Below are positions 13,441 through 26,189 of a stretch of DNA of 64,000 nt, one piece after another. Below the pieces are notes generated by a model. That model was given only the letters and a program-made list of their open reading frames with translations. It searched no databases and had not been told where the DNA came from. Source of the DNA: Eledone cirrhosa. Taxonomy: Eukaryota. The position numbers and the translations under genes were made by a program. Every line of letters starts with the position of its first letter. Within the stretch, counting starts at the first letter, position 1. The stretch spans positions 41,354,001-41,418,000 of the forward strand of contig OZ024742.1 in NCBI GenBank assembly GCA_964016885.1, read 5' to 3'.

Positions 13441-14280
13441 ATATATATGAGGATGGAGTTGGATTTGGGAGTTGGCCACTGCTGGTTTGAGAGAAACTGT
13501 ACAGACATAGAAGTGCTGTAAGGCTGGCCTGCCCAAGATGTACACAAAGCAATTAAACTGTTCTGCATGCACATTCCCAATGTCCATGCATTGCTTGTGG
13601 AGTTTTGTCAAATAGCTGTTGTTGTGTGTAGGATGGATCCAGCTATTGGCCGACTCCACTGGTTAAAACAGGCAGTTTTCCTCTGGTGGCTCTGTTGAAA
13701 GAGGTTGTGAGGTGGATGAGGCTGAAAGGACTGAAGACAGACATATTTCTCTTCGGCCAAGCCCTCATCGATTTGTTTTTCAAGTTTTACCCAGAAAAGA
13801 AAGTGAGAGTGAAGAAAGTGCTGCTGTCAAGCCAGCCTCCCACCCAGGTATATTTGTGAAAAGGTGGATGAATGTCGCGAGAATGGCTTGAATGAATGGA
13901 TCTACTCTAAGCATGCACCCATAGGCTGAAAGGAATAGAGAGAGGGTCACTTGCCTATAGTACCATTTAATAAGACAGGGATTTACTTGCTACATCTAGT
14001 ATTTAGTCATAGATAGTTATATGTTACATTTCCAGGGCTAGGAAATTAACTGAGGTTTTTGTTAGAGTAGTTAATACCAATAGGCAAAGGGATCAAAGAG
14101 AAAAATCTATCACTAAAACCATTGTATATAAAGAACTATTAAATTAATGGTCTAATGATTCAAATGATAAAATGAAATATATATATATATAATGCAGAAG
14201 TTATATTTAGGGATTCAACAAGCTTAAAAGTTTTATAACTGATATAAAGCACTCAACAGATACTGGAGTAAATATTCAAC

Positions 14281-14616
14281 ATATTAATAAATGGAAACTA
14301 TATTTATAAAACCATAATTATTTTATTATATATATTTCAAGGGCAACCAAGGCAGTTTTGGTGCGCTTTCATCAGATAAATACCAAATTTGTTTTATAAA
14401 TGTTGACATACCCTTAGAAAAACAACCTTGACGGTTGAAGGTTCGCTGGATAGTCAAGCGAATCTTCAACCGCCAAGGTTGTTTTTCTAAGGGTATGTCA
14501 ACATTTATAAAACAAATTTGGTATTTATCTGATGAAAGCGCACCAAAACTGCCTTGGTTGCCCTTGAAATATATATAATAAAATAATTATGGTTTTATAA
14601 ATATAGTTTCCATTTA

Positions 14617-14623
<7 letters not shown>
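14281..14623. mobile_element. ~340-bp near-perfect palindrome with a hammerhead in each arm, in ZnT1 intron 5
   Basis: Arms 14281-14447 and 14457-14623 are complementary with few mismatches. Flanked by (TA)n. Confidence 0.88.
14524..14582 (+). ncRNA. Type I hammerhead ribozyme; mirror copy on the - strand at ~14322-14380
   Basis: TTTAT-CTGATGA-AAGCGCACCAA-aactgcc-TTGGTTGCCCTT-GAAA-TATATA-TA^-ATAAA. Confidence 0.72.
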
Positions 14624-14695
<72 letters not shown>

Positions 14696-14769
14696 AATTG
14701 TTGTATCTTAGTAACCATCTAGTCAATAATTTAGTGAAATGAAATTTAAAAAATATATGCAATACTTAC

Positions 14770-14813
14770 ATAATGGTATTGTTGTACTCAAAATAAGAAA
14801 TACCATAGCTATA
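14770..14813 (-). CDS. SLC30A1: ZnT1-like coding exon 5, 44-nt exon (SIAMVFLILSTTIPL), absent from the ORF track
   Basis: TTTTCAG acceptor and GTAAGT donor. Phases 2->1 exactly bridge exons 4 and 6 and supply TM6. Confidence 0.88.
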
Positions 14814-15555
14814 CTGAAAATAGATATCAGGATTCATTAAGTAATTGCACTACTATAGTATTACATAAACATAAATCACATGAAATTCTGATACACACAC
14901 ACTAAAGTTGTAAGGTAGTAAAAACCACCCAGTACACCCTGCAAGGTGCTGGCACATTGATTAAATGTTGCTAGCCATAGAAACCATGCCCAAAGTGGAA
15001 TATATGCGCTAGATGAAGTCATGGGACAACCTGTCTAACCCTTGCTAGTATAAAAAATAGACATTAAGTCTTTCTTTACCATACACTGCTTATATGTTTC
15101 AATTGATTTTGTAAATAATATAAAATTTGGAAGAATGCAATGAAATAACTCTTTCATTAGTAAGCTTATATTTAGAATATTACTTAAGAAACATTTCTAA
15201 AATAAAATTATGATGGAAGGATTTAATATAAAGATAAACATTTAAAAATAAGCAGTTGGGTATCATAAATCCAGGGTGGTTTCAGGTGGTTTAAATGGTG
15301 ATCAAATGGGTTAAATGGTGATGATGAAAGCAAGACATGATTATCTGACCTGTCTTGGACTGTGACAACCCATGCCAGAGTAGAAAACACTCATTGAATA
15401 ATGATGATGATGATAATGATACACTTCCCTTACTTTGTATTTTTTATTTGGTTAGCTAACATCTATTTTCAATCATCATCATCCTCATAATATTTACAAT
15501 TAAAAAATAATAGACATTTAAGTATTAAAACTTTGAAAAGTAAACTGCAGCTTAC

Positions 15556-15697
15556 CTCATTGCTGGGTCGACATAAAACCTCCAGTCACCTTCTGCAAAC
15601 CATATTATTAAAGCACTGATAATAACTATTACTGAACCTAAAGCATCACCAAGGACATGTAGAAAGACACCACGCATGTTCAACTGAGAACTGGATT
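15556..15697 (-). CDS. SLC30A1: ZnT1-like coding exon 4 (ESSSQLNMRGVFLHVLGDALGSVIVIISAL...YVDPAM)
   Basis: LNMRGVFLHVLGDALGS TM5 motif. CTACAG acceptor, GTAAG donor, ends in phase 2. Confidence 0.95.
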
Positions 15698-17389
15698 CTG
15701 TAGAAAATGAATGCAAAGACGCACATGAGAAAATAATTATCATCAAAACAAGATGACACCACCACCATCACCACTACTTCTACCATATTTCTCATGAAAG
15801 ATACTGTCTATGATTCTTTCTGTTTGCTGGTTTCAGGCACCAGACTGCAGCCATGCTGAGATACTGCCTTGATTTAGTTGATCATGTTGACTGTAGTACT
15901 TATTTTATTAATATCTTTTTTGTTGAACCACTAAGTTACAGGACATAAACACACACAAAGATATATACATATATATGATAGGTTTCTGCAGTTTCCATCT
16001 ACAAAATTCCACTCACAAGGCACTCAACACAACACTATAGTAGAAGACATTTTCTCAAGGTGCCGTGTAGTAGGAGTGAGCCCAGAACATTTGCAAAGCT
16101 CCTTAACCACACAGCTATGTTCAATTAATTTTGAAAATAATCAAAAATTTGCAGAGGTTTAGTAATATAACCATTATTATTAAGTTGATGTTACATTCTG
16201 AGTTCAAATCCTGTTAAGGTTAGCTTTGCCTTTCATCCCTACAGGTTGTACCAGCAACTCACTGGGTCAATGTAATTGACTATCCTCATTACCTTCAAAT
16301 TGTGCCAAAAGTAGAAACAATTATTAAGTCAATGTTTGGAACATAACTTAAAGGTTCTTGCATAAAATTATGTTGTGAGGTTTAAATTTAAATATCATCA
16401 CTTTAAAACAAACATCTCTGTATCATAAAACCAGGGGCATTTTCAAACAATTTGTTATTAAAAGGGTTAATGTACAAATAAATTACCGAGCATTCAATTC
16501 TCACTGAGGCTAATTTTGTCTTTCCTCATTTGACAATAAAAAAGTACCAGTCCAGAAGTAGGGTGGATATTTCTTACTTCCTCTTTTTTTTTTCTGGAAG
16601 AAATTGGCTGTGTTCAGACCTGGAGACAGATGGGCTCCACCAGTTTTAAATGCTTCAGGCATGTCTATATCATTATAAACCCCTACAACTCAGGAGTTAT
16701 GGGCATGAATAACACAGTTCTACACACAAAGACCAAATGGTCATATCAGAAAATGCCTTTGATCATAGATCTATTCCTTTAGAATTTACCTGGGTCTAAA
16801 CCAGAAAAATTATGAGACCAATAGAGATATGTACATTTATATTTATATCTAAATATTGCTATTATCATTTACAGTCCCTCTGTGTTTAATGTATGTTCAT
16901 TAGTATATGTGTTGTTATTTCTGCTTACATTTTACATATATACATATATATATCTATATATATGCTTGCGTGGACCCCTCTCAAAAATTCGTTGGATTTT
17001 CTAATTGGATACCCCGAAACTGGATACCAACACTGAATACACCTGAACTTCTACCAGGAAATCTTTCGTATCAGTGAAATTTTCTTTTCTTTTCTTCATA
17101 TATATATATTATATATACTTGTCCGCCATTGCAAAAGGCCATAAATTAAAAAAAAAAAAAATTTGAAGAGAGAGGAAAAGAGAGAAGTGATCTATGAACT
17201 TGTACATCTCACTGACCCACCACAATAACAATAACGCCTACACTCGCTCCCCACCATCACCACATTACTCTATCTAAGGTGGCTGACCTGTTCCCTGTTC
17301 CCTGTTGATATACTGCTGACTCTCTTTTGATGTATGTATGTGTATATACATATATATATGTGTGTATAGGTATATCTCAGTGGATGCGA

Positions 17390-17715
17390 CCAGATTTCAA
17401 CACAGCAACAACTACAACAACAACAACAGCAACAACACCATCGTCTGTGTTGAATGTGTGTGTATGTATGTATTTGTATATATGCGACAGCAATAACAGC
17501 ATCAACACCATTGTCTGCAGCAACAGCAGCAGTGAAATGAAGAACAACAACAACAGCAACAACGACAACAACTACAATAACAACTACAATAACAACTACA
17601 GCACCAACAACTGCCACCACCATCACTGACCATCCACCACCACCACCACACTGACACCATCCACCACCACCATTACCAGCGTAAAGCAAACAATTATTAT
17701 TATTATTATTATTAT
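17390..17715. repeat. Mixed (CAA)n/(CAC)n/(TAT)n trinucleotide microsatellites
   Basis: Visible sequence. Confidence 0.9.
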
Positions 17716-17969
17716 ATACAAGCTGAACTGGACTGGGAAAGGTCAACAGTTGACATGATATTGATTTGATGATTTTGATTTTGATTTTGTATCAGTACTG
17801 TCGGTAATATATGTATATATATGTGTTTGTGAGTGGTGTGTGTGATTGTATGCATGAATGAGTGTTGGTATGTATGGCGTGTGTGTGGTTGTGGTTTGTA
17901 TGCATGAGTGTTGGTGTGTGAGTGTTTGTGTGTGCGTCGTGTCAATAAGTTTTTTTTTTTAATGACCAT

Positions 17970-20900
17970 GCTGTAAAATGGAGGGGTAGAGAGGGCCCTT
18001 GAGTCTAGTAAGACATCCTCTCTAGTGCTGGTGGCACAAATAAAAGCACCCAGTCCATGCTGTAAAGTGGCGCTGGTGTTAGGAAGGGCATCCAACCAGT
18101 GTATCAATGCCAAAACGCTTATCAGCACAGCAACAAATAGGAACAACAACAAAATATGAAGACGTCGCATCTCAGAGTTGCAACACTTAATGTTGGCACT
18201 CTCAGAGGTAGATCTGCTGAAATAGCGGAGATGCTGGAGAGAAGGCAGGTGGATGTGTGCTGCGTGCAAGAGGTGAGATGGAGAGGTGCCTCTGTGAGAC
18301 TAGTCGTAGGCAAGCGTCTTAGCTATAAGCTACTCTGGGTAGGTAAGGATGATGGGCTAGGGGGAGTAGGCATTTTCCTGGCTGAGAAATGGATCAATAA
18401 GACAATAGAGTTAGTAATCGAATAATTAAGCTTAGATTAGTTGTAGGTAGGAGACTACTGACAATCATCTCGGTCTATGCTCCCCAAGCAGGCCTAGGCA
18501 AAGATGAGAAAGACTGCTTTTACGAGCAACTTTTGCAAACAACCACAATGACAGAGGACGGAGACATCGTTATGCTAGCAGGAGACTTCAATGGTCATGT
18601 TGGACAGCTCCAGGATGGTTACACTGGGGTACATGGTGGGCACGGTTACGGTTCAAGAAGTGAAGAAGGAGTGAGACTTCTTGAATTTTGTGATGCGAGT
18701 ACATTGACTATTTGCAACACAAACTTCCAGAAACCTGCCAATCACCTAATAACCTACAAATCTGGCGAGCACATAAGCCAGATTGACTTCTTGCTAGTTA
18801 GGCAGCGGGACAGGTAGATAGTGTCTAATACCAAGGCATACCCTGGGGAAGAATGTACCCCACAGCATAGGTTAGTTGTTAGTGATATCTCAGTAAGCAA
18901 GAGATGGAATGAGACATATAGGAAGGTGTGGAGAAGAAAGGTCTGGAAGCTAAAAGGCCTTTCACTAAAATACAAATTTAGGAAAGCCCTTCAAGATGTA
19001 TATGACGAAAAAGAAGACGATTTAGAGACGTATGACATAGATAATAACTGGAATTTCTTACGTGACAACTTGCTGCAGGCTACTGATGAAATCTGTGGCT
19101 GGAGCAGAGCTCCAACCAGACAGAGAGTGACCTGGTGGTGGAACAGCACAGTAGATAAGGCTATTAGAGACAAAAGACTAGCATGGAAGGCTTGGAAAAA
19201 GGGTGGGAGTAGGGAAGAATATACAGCCACTAAGAGAGAAGCTAGACGTCAGGTGTACTTAGCACGCAGGGAGGCAGAGAGTAGGAGGTTTGCCAATGTT
19301 CTGCGACGGGAAGATCAGAGGCGTGCGGTGTTCCACATTGCAAGGCAGTGTGTCAATGCAAATCAGGATGTTGTTGGAGATAAATGTGTCCGGGATGATG
19401 CCGGTGTACTTAGTGTCACGAATGATCAGAAAAAGGAGGCCTGGAAATGTCATTATGAGAGACTGATGAATGTGGAGAACGAATGGGAGAGAGAGAAATT
19501 ACCCTTGGTAGATCCGACAGAGGGACCAGCTATTGAGATTGACGAATATAGGGTCCAAGAGGCGATTAGGGAAATGAAAAATGGTAAGGCGGCCGGACCA
19601 TCGGGAATAGTTGCTGAGATGCTGAAGGCATCAGGGGACGTAGGCACTAAACTGGTTGCACGCATCATCAATCAGGCTATATATGGTGGTGTCATACCCA
19701 AAGACTGGTGCAGCAGTATTCTCATAAATTGCTACAAAGGTAAAGGGGATGCTTTGGAGAGGAGCAATTATAGGGGTATAAAACTGATAGATCAGGTTAT
19801 GAAAGTGGCAGAGAGAATATTAGTGCAACTAATTAGAGAAAGGGTCAAACTAGATGAGATGCAGTTTGGTTTTGTGCCTGGGAAGAGTACAACAGATGCC
19901 CTCTTCTTGGTGAGACAAATGCAAGAGAGGTTCTTAGAGAAGAATAAGCCACTATACTTAGCCTTTGTTGACCTAGAGAAGGCCTTTGATAGGGTACCCC
20001 GATCTGTCATCTGGTGGTCCCTAAGGAAGCTAGGTGTTGAGGAATGGCTTGTGAGGACAGTGCAAACTTTGTACAGAGGTACTCTCAGTAAAGTCAGGGT
20101 AGGAATGGAGTTTAGTGAGGAATTCCAGATACAAGTAGGAGTACATCAGGGCTCGGTCCTCAGCCCGCTCTTGTTCATTATAGTCCTCCAAGCCATAACA
20201 GAGGAGTTTAAGACTGGCTGTCCATGGGAACTTCTCTATGCTGACGATCTGGTTCTTATAGCAGAATCAGTAGAGGAGCTAGAGAATAAATTCTGGCTAT
20301 GGAAACAGCAGTTGGAAGCAAGAGGACTGAGAGTGAATCTAGCTAAGACAAAAGTGTTGATGAGTAGAAAAGAGGACAAAACCCTGATTCCGTCGGGGAA
20401 ATGGTCATGTTCGATATGCAGAAAAGGAACTGGCATAAATTCTATAAAATGCACACAATGCAGATCCTGGGTACACAAGAGATGTAGTGGGATAGCAGGC
20501 AAACTAACAGGTAGGGAGAAATATGTATGCAGTAGATGTACAGGGAAATTAGACAGTAGAAGTTGCACTGATAGACACATTTTTCAAATGCAAGAGGGCG
20601 CTATAGAAGTGGTAGATAGCTTCTGGTACCTAGGAGATCAGATTAGCATGGGAGGAGGGTGTTCCGAGGCCATAGTATCTAGAATAAGGACGGGTTGGAA
20701 GAAGTTTAGGGAGCTGCTTCCTCTGTTGACGAAGAAGGGTTTCTCCCTGCGTACGAAAGGCCGGTTGTATAATGCCTGTGTGAGGAGCGCGATGCTGCAT
20801 GGTAGTGAGACATGGGCAGCAACTGCAGAGGATATGCGACGGCTGGAGAGAAATGAGGCAAGCATGCTCCGTTGGATGTGCAGTGTAAATGTGCATGAAC

Positions 20901-21232
20901 GACCCAGCATAAATGTGTTGAGAGAGAAACTGTGTCTGAGCGGCATAGAATGTAGTGTACGGGAGAGGAGACTGAGGTGGTATGGACATGTGATGCGCAT
21001 GGAGGATGACCGATGGGTGAAGAAGTGCCAGGAAATGCCAGTTGAAGGAAGACGTGGTAGAGGTAGGCCACGAAAAACATGGGTGGAGGTGGTGAGAACA
21101 GACCTCAGATCATTGAAGCTCACGGTGGAGATGACGAGGGACCGTGACGAGTGGAGAGATGCTGTGCTGAATAAGACCCGTCCCACCCTTGCAAGCAGGG
21201 AAAAGCGGACGTAAAATGATGATGATGATGAT
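17970..21232 (+). mobile_element. Near-full-length RTE-clade LINE (APE endonuclease-RT-PHD finger), disrupted, antisense within ZnT1 intron 3
   Basis: ATLNVGTL, QEVR, GDFNGH and IDF endonuclease motifs. QFGF, FVDLEKAFD, QGSVLSP and YADD RT motifs. (ATG)n tail. Frameshift at ~18420 and TAG at 18815-18817. The 5' boundary is approximate. Confidence 0.95.
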
Positions 21233-21278
21233 AAACAAGATAGACAGACATACAAAAGAAAAAAGAGCAAAATCTTAC

Positions 21279-21413
21279 CTATTTTGACAGGAACCTCTTC
21301 TGTAGCTTCTTCTGTATGGCTGATAACGACATCATCACTGTTACCTCCAATCTTATTCTCCACTAATGCAACATTTTCAGATTTATCACCATTACTGCTG
21401 CCGTGGGAATGAG
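21279..21413 (-). CDS. SLC30A1: ZnT1-like coding exon 3, His-containing cytosolic loop (THSHGSSNGDKSENV...VPVKI)
   Basis: TTTGCAG acceptor, GTAAGA donor, 135 nt, phase 1/1. Completes GHTHSHG at the expected TM4-TM5 loop position. Confidence 0.85.
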
Positions 21414-22489
21414 CTGCAAACAGAAGCAATTTATTTTAAAGCAATTTTAGAAAATGGGTTAGTTCGAAAAAGAGAGGCATTATCCATAATCCTTTCAATC
21501 ATCTAAAATTATAATTGTTTAATTCATATAGCTGATGTTCATTTTAAACTTTTGGTTGATGTTTGTGTGTATGTGATGTTGGGTGGGTAAAATGCACTAG
21601 AGAGTGGAGGTTGTAGGAAGAAGAAATGATGGACAATTTATTTTAAGAGAATTTTAGAAGTGTACAAATCTTTGCAGCAGGTTTCATGGCGCAGTGTTTC
21701 ATATTTTCAGAGTTTGAAAAGAATTTGTAATGGCTATTTTTAACATTTTATGAGCATTTTAAGTCTTTTAACAATTTACCACGTAAAAGCATGTGGTATA
21801 TCACACAAAATATATAAACTTATTGCATGAAATTATATTTAGAACTATACAAGGGGTCTGCTGCATGTTAAAATAATCACTGAATAGAAGTAACAAAGAA
21901 AAACTATTAGAATTTCTTATATAGTCGCCTGTAAAATCTGTAGAAATCATGCCAAACAAAAGGTTGAAAAGACTCTTCAAATGTGCTAAGGACATGACTA
22001 CTATTCTAATGGTGGTGCTATGATAAAATGCATCCATACACTCTGCTGATGATAACATTTATTGACTTTTGCTCATGTGAGGCTGTGATTTAAGGTTTAT
22101 CAACCAATAAACAGCACAATAATTCCCCGTTAGTTCAGCACCCTACAAAAAGTTGTTCCCTTTCCTTACCAGCTCTATTATCAGGAAGACAGTAAATTGT
22201 TAGGGTATCAGATTAAAAAAGCCTTGGTATTTGTTCAGGTTCACTGTGCTGATTTCAAATCACACAGAGGTCAACTTTGCCTTTCGTCCTTTTGAGGTCG
22301 TTAAATAAAGTACCTGTCCAGTGCTGGCGGTAGTACCAATCCAGGAGTGGTGGATCAGTAGAATTGTTAAAAATTCGGTCAGGGTGTTTTGAGGTATCTG
22401 TTAAGGTGTGATGCATTCTGAGTTCAAATCTCATTTCTTGTTACCAGAAAACCAATGATGTTTCTGCCAGAAGTTATGACTGGCTAATA

Positions 22490-22915
22490 ATATACCCCTT
22501 CACCTGCAGGATGGCCTCTCTTGGGAAGTAATTGGTCTTAAAAAACCAGTAGATAGTATACCCCTTCTCCAGCAGGCTGGTCTCTTGAGAAGTAGTTGGT
22601 CCTAAAAGACCAGCAGATAATATTCCCCTTCTCCAGCTGGTCTCTCATTGGAGATATTAGGCCTAAAAGATTAGTAGATATTATACCCCTTCCCTAGCAG
22701 CAGTGCCAGATTTACCATTGTGTTTAGGTGTGCTTGGCCAGGGTGGCTCATCTTTCTGCCAACATTTTTTTTTACCCCCTTCTGGGCCCAAGTAAGGGGC
22801 CCCATAACTTAACTAGCACAGGACCTCATTTGTCCTAAATCTGGTACTGCCTAGCAGGCTGGCCCTAAATGACCAGCAGATAGTATACCCCTTCCCCAGC
22901 AACTGGCTTCTCATG
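22490..22915. repeat. Degenerate ~60-bp tandem repeat (ATA.TATACCCCTT..CCAGCAGGCTGG...)
   Basis: About 5 recurring units, interrupted by a MITE. Confidence 0.75.
22701..22849. mobile_element. hAT-type MITE
   Basis: TIRs CAGTGCCAGATTTA/TAAATCTGGTACTG, with an exact 8-bp TSD CCTAGCAG on both sides. Confidence 0.9.
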
Positions 22916-24384
22916 GCAAGTAAGTAGCTAAAAATACAGATCATGAACATTCTCAAATGTGTTCATGGTGTTTTATATTTTGCTGTAAGCGGATATAATA
23001 ATTAAAAGACACCTTGTTTCAGAACTCCACTTTGTGGTGTTACCGTGACAATAGTTACACAACTGAATTACATTCCTAAACTGAGTAATGTTAAATAAGC
23101 AGTTTACTTCTGAGACATAATGACGCTTAAGTACATTGTTAATGAAACAAGGTCACATTCTAGACAAAGAGGGGGGGGGGGATAGAGGAGAAGGGGAGAG
23201 AAAGAGAACAATAGAATCCATCAAATAACACTACAATGTTAACAGTTTCTAATATTCAGGTCGGTCAAATGTCTAATTATTTTATTTTATATTTTATTAT
23301 AACTTATATTTTTTAAATGTTTGTACATTTAAACAGTTCTAAATATTACTAATGCCTTTTTTTTCACCTTGATTTTTTAAAAATTCTTTTGTTAGTTATC
23401 TGATATATGAAAGTGTCACCATTGTACATATTTATTAAAAGGTATTGTATTGGCAGAATTGTTAAAGCGTCAGATAAAATGCTTTGTATTAGTTATGGCT
23501 CTTTAAATTCAACCAAAGTCAACTTTGCCATTCATCCTTCTGGAGTCAATAAAATATATAACCACTATAGGGTGGTGGATGGGAAGAATCATTAGAATAA
23601 CAGATGAGATACCTAGTGGTATTTGTTTTGGCTCTTTGCATTCTGATTTCAAATACTGCCATGGCCTACTTTGGTGGTTGACTTAATCTGCTGCCCAATT
23701 GAACACCACCATCTAGCACTCAAGGGCTTTTAGAAGTCCATTCTGTTTTAAGCATTCAGACTGTCTGCACCCACTCTCACTAGTCTTGGAAGCTCTGAAA
23801 AGGATTATGAGTACTGCCCTTCTTTCCTTGACTAAGCATCATCATCACCATTTAATGTCTATTTTCTATACTTGCTTGGATTAGATAGGTTATCACATTC
23901 TGAGACTAGATGGGTCAGATGGCCACGTATTGCCCATAAGTTCCATTCTAGCATGATTTCTACAAGAGGATGCCTTTCCTAATGCCAACTACTTCATAGA
24001 ATGTACTGAGTACGACTTATCATGACACCAACATGGTGGACTGAGTGCATTTTATTGTGGCATCAGCACCACAACTTTATAACAAAGAGTGCTTGTGAAG
24101 AGAATGTAGGAGTCTGGCAGAAAAATTATGGTGTGCACCTGTCTTTCCACAGTGGCATGGTTGAACAAAGAGGGAGAGACATGGATGTGAGTGCATGTGG
24201 ATGGAATAAGTGTTGGGTCATAGAGGTGGTCTTGAAGAGAGTGAGTGACATCTAGCAGAAAAAATTGTTACCATAGAAAAAACCCATGTAAAGGCAGTCA
24301 ATAAACAATAAAAAAAAATCTACACTAAATTCATCATTTAATGCCCGCTTTTCCTGCTAAATAAATAAACACAAAAATACTCAC

Positions 24385-24613
24385 TATGGCCTCGAAACAA
24401 GCAAAGTCCAATGAAGTTAACAACTAAACCAAGCACACCAACTATAACCAGCATTTGAGGGTTGTGAATTTCCTCCCTCTCAACAAGGCGTTTCAGAGAT
24501 TCCACAAAAATTGAAAAACACAGGGCAATGAGGAACACAGCATTGACAAGGGCCCCTAGCACTTCAGCCCGAGCCCAGCCAAATGTGTTCTTTTGGGTTC
24601 TCCATTTTGATAT
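24385..24613 (-). CDS. SLC30A1: ZnT1-like coding exon 2 (ISKWRTQKNTFGWARAEVLGALVNAVFL...GLCLFRGH)
   Basis: TFGWxRAEVLGALVN CDF signature. TTACAG acceptor, GTGAGT donor, 229 nt, ends in phase 1. Confidence 0.95.
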
Positions 24614-25398
24614 CTGTAAAGAAAAAGACCTGCATTTTAACACTTTTGAAACCACTCCTGCTAACTTAAGAGATTTCTAAGGAAATTACTAAATAAAGAA
24701 TCAAAGTACAAGAAAATGATTGAATATGGAACAAATTATTTTCAAAACTGTCTTTCATTAGAAACATCAGGTAAATAACGAGGAAGTTATATTATTAAAA
24801 CCTTTCAAATTATTTTCAAAGTAATTTGAAAATACATAATGTCTTCCATAAGGTAATGAAAAGGTTGAATATATTTTTGCTGAGAGTTCTACAGAATTTC
24901 TTTAAATAGGATACACTTGCCTCCTCTAGAACAATGGTTGGATACAAGTCAACTCACTCATTATCATCATTAACTTGTGTCCACTTTCCATGCTGCAAAG
25001 GTTGGATGGGTTATCATAGTCTATGACAAAACATGGTCAAATAATCATGTCTTGTTTTTATATGCTCCATATTTTGGCATGATTTCTATGGCTGGATGTT
25101 CTTTCGATTTATCAGCCAGTTTGCAGAAAGGGCTAGAACCATTTTATTGTGGCCCCAGCTTTATCACATTACAGAGTGTACTGGGTACATTTTTTCTGAG
25201 AAACCAGTAGCAACAACCATCCAACTCTTGCTAGCATGGAGAATGGATGTTAAATGATGATGATGAAGACCGTTGGTGGCCTGTGTTTGCAAGAACCAGT
25301 ACATTAAAAAGATTCAAGAAAACATTAAGTATATTAGGTAGGCTGCAATGTGTAAAGGAATATATAATAACATTTTAAATGAAGCCCTTCATACTCAC

Positions 25399-25581
25399 TC
25401 GGACAGAAGCAAACCCAATAAATAAAGCAACAACATCTGACAACATGTGGAAAGCATCAGCAACCAGAGCCATGGAATTGGTGAAATATCCTACAATGAT
25501 TTCTACAAGGAAGAAAGCTGATGTCATCGATAACATTGAAAGTAAACGACATGTCTTTCCTGAGTATTTCTTTTTGTCCAT
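25399..25581 (-). CDS. SLC30A1: ZnT1/SLC30A1-like zinc transporter, coding exon 1 (MDKKKYSGKTCRLL...DAFHMLSDVVALFIGFASVR)
   Basis: ATG at 25581. CDF TM1-TM2 with HxxxD (HMLSD). GTGAGT donor follows (phase 0). A TTTTCAG acceptor 15 nt upstream of the ATG implies a further 5'-UTR exon. Confidence 0.93.
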
Positions 25582-25659
25582 ATTGATGAGAACTTTCTGA
25601 AAAATATAGAGAAGAGAAATTATCAATTTTTAATTGATTCATTTGTGTTGTTACCATTT

Positions 25660-26140
25660 TTTTCTATTGTCTGAACTTGCCTTCACCAACCCCCTGACTT
25701 CCATTATTAACTCCTCCATCATGTTTTAGCTATGTTTTTCTTGGTCTTCAATTTCCTCTACTTCCTACACATTCATTTTATCACTCCTCTCACCCAGTCA
25801 CATTCATCCTTCCTTAACACATGGCCCAACCATTCTATTCCATTTTTTTTCACATTCATCACATTATTGTGTCTGCCTGTGTCTCGGTGATACTCCACTC
25901 ATCCACCAGACCATTCTCATTTCCATTCTTTTCAGTATTCTCTATTGCTCCATGTTCATCATCTATGTCTTGCTCCCATAAATTATAGCCCTTATTATAC
26001 ATGCAGCTTTCAGTTTCAACAAAACTCTTCTCCTCATTAACACACAATTGAGTTCCTAGAACTTCTAGATACTCTTGCAGAGTCTGATCCACCTTTTCCA
26101 ATCAACATATCTCCAAGATAACAAAACGTCTTCACACCAT
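25660..26140 (-). mobile_element. Degraded RTE 3' fragment
   Basis: Remnants such as LKRMEMRM.WWMSG and WLGHVLR in shifted frames. Confidence 0.55.
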
Positions 26141-26189
26141 TCCCAAGATCTAGCTCAACATCCTTTCCCTATGTAGCTCATATAGAGCA

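Noticed and set aside
17040-17085. Minus-strand CTGATAC-GAAAG hammerhead-like remnant
   Set aside because: Non-canonical core and no stem II.
17270-17746. Poly-N/V/C/G ORFs
   Set aside because: Trinucleotide microsatellite translations.
17975-18120. HDV-like ribozyme in the RTE 5' UTR (known in some RTEs)
   Set aside because: I could not assign P1/P3/P1.1 pairings by eye; a descriptor search is needed.
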